NCBI GenBank assembly: GCA_977862235.1
Contig: OZ374563.1
Location: 682,001-746,000, forward strand
Length of the DNA: 64,000 nt
Direction of reading: 5' to 3'
Source of the DNA: Dudresnaya verticillata
Lineage: Eukaryota
Shown: piece by piece, positions 1-10,300 of the stretch
How the letters are laid out: each line of letters starts with the position of its first letter
Position numbering within the stretch: the first letter of the stretch is position 1
The notes under the pieces: generated by a model
The model's database searches: none
What the model saw: only the letters and a program-made list of their open reading frames with translations
What the model was told of the DNA's origin: nothing
Program-made: the position numbers and the translations under genes

Positions 1-830
1 GACGGGCGCCGTCGAGATTGGGACCGTGAAGCAGTGATTTGTCACTATTGGGAACCGCTCCACAACGGCCGCCTGTGGCGGCGGTTACAAGTGAGCCGTT
101 GGCCCAATACTCCACTGGGATTTCAAGCTCGCCCAAGACGGGGCCAGTAGAAACAGCCTTGCTGGCTTCGCGGGTCTCTCAGCTTTAACGAGGGGGCAGT
201 GTGGAAGAATGAGCCGCAGCAGAAGTGCTGGCGCACTGTAAGGCATTTGTGCGCATTAAGGTGTAAGGCGCCCACGCACATCAAGCTGTAAGGCGCGCAC
301 AAGCGCCGTGCGCTGTAAGGGCGATGCGCCCCGCTGGCGTCCCTGCTGGCACGTTATTTGATGGCAAATATTGCCATTGGATAATTTATCGTGGCCGCTC
401 CCGCGGCCCGACGCGGTACTACCACTAATCCGTATTTATAAGTGACAACAGTACAATTAGATTAATAATGACAGTTAGAATAGCTTAGAATAGCTCATTT
501 CGGCTCTTTATACTTAATAGGCCCCTGAGTAGCAGGGGCCTCCTGAATAGAACCCACGGTGGGTTTCGGGTCTTTACCCCTTTTCTGGAATTCACGGACT
601 CACCGTAACCTCCCTTTCAGGTGCTTTACGAGCCTTGCCTCCACACGACGGTTGCTCTGTGCGAGCTGGGTGGCACCGCCCCTTTTCCCCCTTTTCCCTT
701 AGGCTCCGTGCCTTTCAAAGTCTCCACCAACCCCTTTTCCCGAGCTACCTAAGCTAGTGTGTTGTGCACCTTCAGGACAGCTGTCCTTGCCGGCTGGCGG
801 GTTTCCGCCTTGACGGGCCATACTACTACA
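1..830 (+). mobile_element. LTR (3' or solo LTR; 5' end lies outside the window), related to the solo LTR at 15221-16041
   Basis: Ends CCATACTACTACA at 830. The last ~130 bp align by eye with the minus-strand end of the solo LTR (GCCTTT..AAG.CTC.ACCAA, CGAGCTACC, GGACAGCTGTC, CCATACT.CTACA). TATA-like TTTATAA near 436. No TGG PBS follows. Confidence 0.7.
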
Positions 831-1730
831 TCTACCACCGCTACCAGGTACCCGCTCTGTGGCTTTCTCATTAAGTGTAAGGGATGGCCTCGGAGCCTAA
901 CGAATGGCCTCGTAGCCTAACGGAGAAACGAAAAGGGGTGGTAGCGTGGTAGAGCGGAGCGACCAGCACGAAGGACCACGGTGTCAACGTATTCGTGTGC
1001 GGAAGGGAGAACTCGAGCGATCGATCACCGGGGATGACTCCGGGTGCTCGGGGCTATCGGAAGCGAGGCTCGACCGTATCTGCGGTCACGAAGACGAAGA
1101 CACGGAACTCGAAGAAAAAGGCGTTTACCGAAGACCCCGAGGTCCGGGCGCTAGTCGCTTACTGGAAACCCTCGGAGGTTGTGCCAGACGACTGGCTAAG
1201 TAATACTACGTGAGCACGAATGCGCGTCAACACGGGAGACGGTTCGTACTCGAATGATTCGTAACGGCCTCGGTGCCAACGAACGGTCGCCTCACGTATG
1301 GTGGCGGTTGCGAAGTGCTGTGGTGTAGTGAAAACCCACGAACTCCGAGACGGACAGCTGGCCTCACTTTCCTTAACGGACGAGAGCAACACTACCTCCA
1401 CGGGGTGGTAGAGCAGTTCGCACCGTAACGGGAGAACAGCTAGCGGCTAACCGAGACGGATATTGGGAAGCAACAGACAAGGGGGTGGTACAAGTGCCGG
1501 GACGGACTCCGTAACGGTGGTGGTGGTAGACCGCAACGGGCTCGGCGCGGGGAAAACCGTAAAGGATTGGGCTAAGGTTGCTTACCCGTTTACCTTAGGA
1601 GCCGCTGCGGTGCCGCCCTGATATACAAGTCAGGGTGGCACCGAGTGGTCCGGTCCGTGGGGGCCAGACCCTAATGGTCTGGTCCTATGGTGGAATCGGC
1701 CCTGCTGGTCCCAATCTCCGACACCGACAT
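831..1730 (-). mobile_element. Possible degenerate LTR-like fragment of an older retroelement
   Basis: Shares ATACTACGTGAGC (~1203) with the TATA region of the LTR at 2302-3160 (~2649). Has a similar purine-rich tract, and shares GGTCCCAATCTC with the reverse complement of the window start. Boundaries are uncertain. Confidence 0.3.
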
Positions 1731-2057
1731 GCGCAGCATTCTCATTGGCCGGCGCACTACTCTACATACTGTACATATACTCACTAAAAATAAAGAATAA
1801 ACACTACAAATACTCCGGTATGGTTGGTGCGCTACACTGCTGTACAGCAATGCGTACCAGCGTACAGCAACGCTCACAACACCGACACGGATACACGTTC
1901 ACACGTCGCACAACGGTAGAGACCACACTATATGCATTTCCACCGTCTTGGATGCCGAATCTCACTTCACCACAAGTGCGCCAGCGATGCGTACGGAGGT
2001 GCGCGTGTCTCGTGGGCCCCGATACCGTTACGCACGGGAAACAACGGGAAAGTCACG

Positions 2058-2262
2058 AAGGTGTCAGCGATTTCGTATCGGGTGCGCACTGTAATGCGAA
2101 TGCCATCGTGGCGCGCCCGATCACGAAGTCGGCTCGGGATTCATCCGGAGGTGTCAGCGATTTCGTATCACGTGCATGCTGTAATGCGAATGCCATCGTG
2201 GCGCGCGCACAGTATGCGCACTCTAATACGTTTGCCATCGTGGCGTGCGCATTCACGGAGTC
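2058..2262. repeat. Imperfect tandem repeat (~90-bp unit, 2 copies plus a partial third)
   Basis: AGGTGTCAGCGATTTCGTATC...TGTAATGCGAATGCCATCGTGGCGCGC occurs at ~2059 and ~2149. A third partial TGCCATCGTGGCG is at ~2233. Confidence 0.85.
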
Positions 2263-2301
2263 ATTTCTAAATTCGTATTTCTCGATTATTTTCACGTAGA
2301 C

Positions 2302-3160
2302 TGTGGTGCAAAGCGTCTGTAGACGATGGACCGCCGAGCAGTTCGGGGCTCGGTGGGTAGCTGCGCCCTTGGCGAGGGGTGATCTCGCCGTGGGCGACTT
2401 GGTGGTAGAGCAAAGGAACACGCCTTGGGCGGACTGTAGACGCCCGAGGCGGAAGGTGTGAAGGAAGGGAAAAGGGAAACAGAAAGGAACAAAAGGAAAA
2501 CACGTCAAGGACGGGTAGAGACGTGGAAGCACGGGAGGTAGACGCTTAGCCGTAGGCAGCGGTAGGATACGCGCTAGCGGAACGGGGAAGTCTGGACCAA
2601 GGCCGGCTTGTCCGGGGTTTACTCAACGTCGCAGACGGATTACCTAATATACTACGTGAGCGACGGCGGTAGGCGCGGTGCGCGGGAACTCAGGACGCGT
2701 GTCACGTCGTTGAGCGTCTGACACGTCGTCGTCGCCATGCAGCCGCCCGTGCGCGCGGGAGCTCAGGAGTAGCTTACAGGCGCGTGCGTGTAGCGTTGCG
2801 GGTGATCCGGATTCGGATCCAGATCCCGGCCAGCATTGCTGGCGCGCGGCCCTTACAGGCGCGCTCCTTACATCACGGTGGATCCGGATGCCGGATCTCG
2901 AAGTTCCATCCGGATCCGATCCGGATCCGGGCCAAGCTTACAGGCGGGCGCCCTGCGCCCGGCCGATCGGGATCGTGCATCCGGATCTGGCCGTACAGTG
3001 GGCGCGTGCGCCGCGCCGCGCGGGGTAACGGCGGCCGTATGCCCGTGGGCCAATCGTCGATGACGTGTTCGCGCGCCAACGGCGGTGGACGTTCCGTCGG
3101 TGGACGTTGGCATATAATACGCTCAGAGCGAAAAAGGGGCAGCCCTCACCTTGCACCACA
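2302..3160 (-). repeat. 3' LTR (859 bp)
   Basis: Bounded by the perfect 10-bp inverted repeat TGTGGTGCAA (2302) / TTGCACCACA (3151-3160). Preceded on the sense strand by a G-rich PPT. Sense TATA-like TATATTA at 2651-2645. Confidence 0.85.
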
Positions 3161-3172
3161 CGACCCCCTCGC
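3161..3172 (-). promoter_or_regulatory. Polypurine tract (imperfect)
   Basis: The sense strand reads GCGAGGGGGTCG immediately before TGTGGTGCAA. Confidence 0.65.
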
Positions 3173-3612
3173 AAAACGCGAACACGTCCGCCTCAAGCTT
3201 GTGCTTTCCTGCGGGTCCCGCTTTGTCGTGCGTGCGTTCCTGCGTTCCGGCTGTGCCGCGCTAACTTCCCGTGCTGCGCGTTGCGTCCGGCGAGCTCTCG
3301 TTCTCTCGCGCTCGTTTCACCGTTCTTCATCGCCGCTGGCGCATTGTGAATCCCGTCAACGACGCCACATCCAAATCGTCGCCTGGGGCGTGTCAGCTGC
3401 ATCGTCGTCGACGAGTTGTGTGAAGTTCATCGCCCAAGGCGCAGGTGTTTCCCGGTGACGCAGCTTCATCGTAGTCGCCCGTGGCGCAGAACAAAAGGCG
3501 TCTTTGACGTAAGCAAAAAGTGTAACCGCCTGTGGCGTGGGGCAAGAGTCGTCGTTGACGGTTGTTTGACCTTAAGCGCCAGTGGCGTAAGCGAAGTTGC
3601 GTCGTCGACGAT

Positions 3613-5967
3613 ATGCCGACGTTCAACGGTGTTCAGGTCGCGGCGCCCTCGGCCGCGCCGGTATACTTATCTCCATACGACTTCGTCGGAAAGAACCCGC
3701 AGGATCACGGGGATATTTTCGCGCAGCCCCCCTGGTTTGACCAGGAGGCCTTGCACAATGAGGAGCTCATTGCTCATTACGCTACTAGCGGATTTTTGCC
3801 GGGGGGACTCCCCCTTGCCGTCGTTTGGACGATGGATTGGAAGTTGCGCTGCGCGGTGCCGCCCGATTGGCTGTGGGTTCGCGCAGGGCAATTTCGTGCG
3901 GGCGTTCATGCCAAGTTCGTCGCAGACGTATATCGTCGTCCGATGCGTTATCCGTGCTCGGCGTTAACGCCGGCCATTTTCGAGTTCGATGCCGGTCAAT
4001 ACCGGACCAAGGGTGAGATCGAATATGGGAATCGTCTAGGGACGTTGTCGCTCAAACATCTGAGCGTTTCGGCGGAGCCGCGCATTAGGCAGGAGGCATA
4101 CCTCCTGGAAGTACGCTTGAAAGCAGATTTTCGTTACCAACACCGAACGGGGACGTTCTTTTGGGAACGATGCATACGTTGGGAATGTGAAACGCGTCGC
4201 TGAAAGGGCGTTTTTGTAGCCTACCAGGATATGCAGGTCGATCATATCGAACGCAGTAAGTTGCCTCATTGCTTCGTGAAGGTACCGCCCGTTTGGCGAG
4301 AGTTCGAAATTTGCGAAGGTTTCGCTGCCGAACTTCCTCCGTGTCTCACGTATATCGGGTCGGAGTTAATGACGGACCCGTACTCCAAGTGGTGGGTCAT
4401 GTTCTACACCGAATGGGTAGCAAACGTAGCGTACGCATGGATGTGGGAGGTGTATGACACCTTCCGCATGTATTATCTGCCACCTCGCATAGTCGCGTCT
4501 CTTGGTGGCCTGGACCTAGCTGACATACTCGGCAGGTCGAGGAACAGCCAGGAGTTCTGGGATTTGCGCTCAGTAGCGGATGAAATTAACTGGAACGACC
4601 CGGCGATGGTGCCGTGAGGGAACAACCGTCGTAAGACGAACCGCCCGCGATTCGCGATGAGTCGTACTCACTCCGCCTGTGGCGATTGGATCCATTATAA
4701 CCCATGGACAAAGCGTCGTACGACGAAGAACGTTGCGGAGCGCCATCGCAAAACGGATCGCTTCACCCCGGGTAATCACCCGCGTGGTTTTCGTAAGAGC
4801 TGCGACTTTGTCGGTGATTTTCCTCCGCACTTGAGTGCCTTGATGGCCGAGGAAGATGCTTTTAACGCCGATGGCGAACTGGATAACCCGTCTGGGACGG
4901 CTGTTGCTACGCCTATGGCGGTTGAGTCATCTGCCGAGGCTGCCGCTACACCATCAGCTTTACCACAAGGGTCTGTCGGTGGTGTTGGGGTGTCAGCTGG
5001 CTTGCCAGCTGTGGCACCTTTGGACCTTGCGGCTCCCGTCTCGGACGTTGATGGCGATGCCGTTATGGCGACGCCAATAGTCGAGTCGGCTCCGCCGACC
5101 GTAACGCCTCAAGGCGTAGTATCAAACGTCATAGACGGGTCTGTGAAGGCGCCCTCGGTGCCAGCCTGGACCGAGGAGCAGCGCCGCACCGTGCTTGCCT
5201 TAATGCGTGCAGCTGGAGTCGCTACTAGCGGTTTGAGTGGTTCGCCCACTGAGTGGGTGAACCAGTCTCTGGCGGATGCGTCGCGTTCCCAGAGTGCGTC
5301 GGTGCCGGTGCCGATGGTTGGCGTAGGTTCTGCGTCGAAAGACGGTGCCGACGGAAAGTCGTCATCGCCTAAGGCGACTGGTTCAGCGTCCAAAGACGTA
5401 ATTGCTACTGTACCGCCAGCGGCGAGCGAGGCAGATGTCGCTTCAACGTCTCCGACGGTTGAAGAGGGCCCAGTGGCTCCTGCGTTGATGACGGATATAG
5501 ATCCAATGAGGCCAAAGGCAGGTGAGGGGTCTACGTCGGTTCAGACGGTTGCGACAGTTGCGCCGAAGGCGGTATGTTCTGCGGCGCCGAAGGCGAGCGA
5601 TGTGTTGAACTCTACGCCAAAGGCGGTTGCGGTTGCTTCGCCGTCTAAGGGGACAGTCCCTGCAACTACGCCGAAGGCGGATGTTATCGGGGCAGCACCG
5701 GAGGCGAATGGACCACTTGGTTCTGCGCCGTCGGCGGTTGGGAAAGCCAAAGAGGCTTCGCCGCCTAAGGCGGGTGGCGAGTCGAATTCTTCGCCAGGGG
5801 CGCATATTACTCCTTCAGCTGTGGCGGTGGCGGTGCCTTTGCAGTCCGTCCCTGTTGCCGCTGTGGGTGTGCCGTCGGTGACGGAAGACGACCTCTATGA
5901 AGATGCGTTGAGGGAGTCCGCCGAGGGCGATGGTGCGGCGGACTCGGCCAAACCGTCTGCGACGTGA
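3613..5967 (+). pseudogene. Antisense accessory ORF of the retrotransposon (~784 codons, two in-frame TGA), unknown function
   Basis: ORFs 3562-4203, 4231-4617 and 4657-5967 are all in one frame. The gaps between them contain no stops other than TGA at 4201 and 4615. The N-half is Trp/Tyr-rich and globular-looking, and the C-half is Ala/Pro/Ser-rich. TATAAT at 3113 upstream and AATAAA at 6149 downstream. Confidence 0.7.
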
Positions 5968-7345
5968 CATAGTTAGCGTCGTTTAGGGCGGAAGGCCTTC
6001 GCGGGGGTGCGTATCGTGTACCTGGTCGGCTCCTTTGCGGAGTCGGGGCAAGGCGTCGTACGTCGTTGACGAATGTGTTAACTGTTCTGCGGCGTTTAGC
6101 CGCCGTGGCTTGTAGCTTGGGCGCGGGGCTTCTCCGTTGCTTAGCCCGAATAAATTGTATCGTTGGTAACGTAGTTTGGTTTCGTCTCGCTGCAACCGTC
6201 GTGTTGCAGCCGTCACGTCTTAGTGTTTTGCCACCGCGTTTCTTGTCTTCGTCGTGACGACGTTAGCGTATTAATCGTCGAGAGACGTTACTTGGGCGTT
6301 GTACCTCCCTTCTTGTTCGCACATTAGCGTTGTGTAGCGCGTCTGGAGCGTATAGGGGTTTAGCGACGTTGTCGGGGCCGAGCCTCTTGGTTATCTCGCT
6401 TAGCGAAGCGTTTCTTTGCGTTGCATTTCATCCTGCCACGCCCGACGTAGTCGTCTTAGGGGACTCGCTCAGCGCGTTGTTGGGCCATTTGCAACGCCTG
6501 GGGCGTATTCTCTTCTCGTTTGGTGCTCTGTAGCTTAGTTGCGCACGTCGTCGTTGACGGAGGTCGGCGTGTGGTAGGTGAGGTCAGAGCCTTGTTCCTC
6601 GTCTCCGACGTTCGCTTCCGAGGGTGGGGAATGGTCATCGCGCGACTGTGGCGGCCATTCCCAGCGGCGGAGCCAGTTGCGCGATTTGGTTAGCGATTCG
6701 GTTGTGCGTCGTGCACGGAACCGTGATAAACGCGTCCTCGACGACTCACTCCCCCCCTTTGGCTGCGGGTACGGCGGCGTGGCCCTTCTTCGGGAGGTGC
6801 GTCGGCGGCGTGGTGCGTGTGTTCGTGCCCGGCCGAGTCGTTCGCTGGCTGGGTAAGTGAAGGCGGCAGCGACTTGGCCGTGGTGCGCAAGCGTGCGGCA
6901 ACGTCGGGGACGGTCGTTGCGCGTTACGAAGTGCGTCTGGCGTCGTGCTTGCCGGTAGCACCGGTGCTGCCACTTGGCATATCTTGTTTGGCGTAATGGT
7001 TGATTGTCGGGTAGTGCGCCTCCCCTTTGTTTGGGCATTAAAATTTCCAGCTCGCGTCTGCGTCTGCAATGGGATTGGTGAGGAGCGTACCTCGGCGAGT
7101 GATCGGGAGCCACTGTCAGCCACCCGCGCATCCGGGGCGTTGTATGAGGCCCTTTTGGTATGTTTGTCGTTGACGCCAGATTTGTGTCCGGCTCCGTCGG
7201 TGACGTGTGTGCTTGATTGTCGCCGCGGCGGGTGTGTCCGCGTCCACGTACGTTAGAGGGGGCTTCCACGCCGTTGGCGACATCCTGTCCGCGCAGTCTC
7301 TGAACGTCATTGTATTCGCTATTAGCGTTGTTTTCCCGATTAGGG

Positions 7346-10300
7346 TTATCCGCGCTGGGCGTCCTCAATATTTGGAGCCAGGCGCGTGTGCTTCCGACGG
7401 TGGTACCGCACGGTGTGTGATCGCGGCAAACTGGACACGGGCTCCCAGGTGTTCGCTGAAGCGGGGTATCCAAACCACTTGACGCGGTAGAGGATCTCAC
7501 CATCATCCGCGTAGGCGTGCGACTCGATGCGTTCGATAACGTATTCTTTCCCGCTCACAGCGTTCGGCTTGGACCTGTGTCCTTCCAGCGCCTTTGGCGG
7601 TTCGTCTCGTTGCGTGATGGGCGTCTGGTCCGGTTCGGCGAAGCGTACTCGACGAGTTGATCGCCTGAGGCGTTGGCCGTGGGCCTCGGACGCTCGATCA
7701 GCGGTCAGTGGGTTGTTGCGTCTTGAGACAAGTTCATCGCTTGCAGCGCCGTGCTTCGTGCTTGCACGGTTAACGTCTTCGTTATCGGACGCGCTTTCAG
7801 CGGAGTCATTGTTCTCATTCGGCGGTGCCGTAGCGACGTGTTCCAAACGGGTGCGAACCCCTGGGGTATTGTCGTCGTTGGAGACGGATTGCGGAGCGCG
7901 GTCGTCGGGATCGGCAGCGAAGGGCCAAAGCTCTGCCAACCCACGGCTGCGTGACGCTGTGATCGTACGCTCTTGCGGATCTCTCGCAGTATGCGAAGTC
8001 TCTGCGTCCCCCTCCGGGTCCGCTGGTGGCGTGCTGGGGGTAGTCTTCCCTTCGTCTTGTGACGTGGGGGCGACTGCGTCCTGCTCCTCAGGCGGACCTG
8101 GTGGTACGACGATTGGAGGGGCCGCCTGACCCGGTGGGGTCGGCGCCCAGACCACGCGGTCTCGGTACAAACGTTCCCGCTCATTACGTCCCTTGTCGAC
8201 GGTTACTGTCTCGTTATCCACGTGAGTTACCCGATATGGGCCGTCCGCCACTGGCGCCAGCTTGTGCTTACGCTCTGCGCGATCCGTGCTCCCGCCGCGG
8301 GCGAAGTATTCCTTACGTACGAAGACGAAGTCGCCTATGGCGATTGATTCCTTCGATTTCCTTAATCGGGTATCGAAGTTTCGTTTGTAACGTGCTTGAG
8401 TTTTCTCTAACGACGCTTTAGCGGTTCCCATCAGTGCGGCCAACCAGGTTCGCCACTTGGTGTCGTATTGCCCCGCGGTGAGTACGCTTTCGAGCGAAGG
8501 TTCCGCTTCGAGCGACAGTGGGCGTGGTGGCTTAGACAGCACCAATTCAAACGGAGCGAGATGCGTAGACGAATGCAACTGTGTGTTGTATGCGAACGTC
8601 AAGGCATCCGTGAACAGATCCCAGTCTCTCGGATGATCCGCAACGTAGTGACGTAGCGAGGCCAGGATAGTTCGATTGAATCGTTCTGCCTGGCCATTGC
8701 ATTGCGGATGATATGTCGTGGTGAAGAGATTCTCCACTCCCAAAAGACGGCAGATATCCTGAAACAGCTTAGCCACAAACTGTGGTCCGTTGTCGGACAA
8801 CAATTTCTTGGGAGGACCGTACACGAAGACCCAATGTCGTACAAACGCCTTAGCGATTTCCAATGCCGTAATACTACGCAGTGGGACCGTCCGGACCAGC
8901 TTCGAGAAGCGGTCCACAATGACGAGTAGGAACTTGTTTCCTCGCTTCGTGCGTATGAGTTCGCCCAGGATGTCGATCGATACGAATTCGAGAGGCTCGG
9001 TTGCCGGGAACAACTTCAATTGCTTGGTGTTCTTTCGCAGCAATACGCGATTCTTAGCGCAGGTTACGCAGTTGCGGACGGTCGCGTAGCAGTCCACTGG
9101 CATCGATGGCCAATAGTATTCGCGTCGAAGCGTATGATACAACTTACGCCCCCCTGGGTGCCCTGCCAACTTGGCGTGGTGCCGGAGGTGGAGTAAGCGA
9201 GCGCGTAACGAGGAGGGTACGACCACTTGCGGACGGGCTTCCACCGTTCGGACCAACAGGCCCTGTTCATCCGTTGCGAACGGTAAGGTGACCCCGTCAT
9301 CAAGACGTTTCCGGACATCGTTACAGTAACTGTCATCGCCTTGGGCGTGTACCAACTCTTCATGCGTCACTTGACGAAGGAGTACCTCATCCGCCGGTGG
9401 CGTGTTGTTGATCAACACTTGGTCGAACTCTTCGAACTCGCGTTCGGCGAAGTCGACCTCGCCTTCGGCGTCTGACAGATCGTCTTGTGACGTTTGATGG
9501 CCGTCTTCGACGTAGCTTCCGTGATAGCACGGTATATCATCGTCAATGGGCTCGACGGTTTCTCCCTTCGTCTGTAGACGCGAAAGGGCATCTGCCTGAG
9601 TATTCAGGTACCCCTTTTTGTACTTCATGACAAAGTCGAACTCGGAAAGGCGAAGGCGCCACCGCATTAACCGTCCAGAGGGGTCGCTGATTTCCATCAG
9701 CCACCTCAATGACGAATGGTCCGTATGGACTGTGAACGACTCCATCTGGACGTAAGGTCGCAGCGTCACGACGGACCATACTACTGCGAGGCACTCCTTT
9801 TCGGAGACCGAGTAGTTACGCTCTGGAGCGGTGAGCGAGCGGGACCAGAAGCCGAGTGGCTTACGTTCCCCGCCTGGCTGCGTTTGAAAGAGAGCGCAGC
9901 CAACCTGATACTCGCTTGCGTCACAGTCGACGGAGTAGGGGAGACCCTGTTGTGGTAGCGCCAGCATAGGTGGATGAGTCACGGCCTCGAGGAGCGTACT
10001 GAACGCTTTGGCTTGTGTCTCATCAAACGGTGGTAACCGGAAGTCCTGTTCCTTCCTCAGCAACTTGTTGAGGGGGGCAGCGACGTGCGCGTATCGCGAG
10101 ACGAACCGTCGGTAGACGTTACAAAGACCGAGAAAACTCCGTAGCCCCTTCTGATCCCCTGGATGCTTGGCTTCGCGTAGCGCGGCAGTGACAGTTCGGT
10201 CAACTTCTAACCGTCCTGGACGTATGACGTGTCCTAAGTAGTTGACGGTCGGGGTGAAGAAGTCACACTTGGTCAACTTCAGAGTCACCCCGGCACGGTA

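Noticed and set aside
2058..2262. Repeat-spacer pattern resembling a CRISPR array
   Set aside because: Only 2-3 degenerate units, a eukaryotic TE context and no cas genes.
6747..6760. Strong purine tract AAAGGGGGGGAG followed by TG on the minus strand, as the PPT and 3' LTR start
   Set aside because: It would imply a 4.4-kb LTR with no terminal IR. The 3160 boundary has a perfect 10-bp IR with the element end. A role as a secondary PPT is not excluded.
6535..7506. 323-aa minus-strand ORF after pol as an env-like gene
   Set aside because: No TM or signal segment, Arg/Pro/Thr-rich shadow composition, and it overlaps pol.
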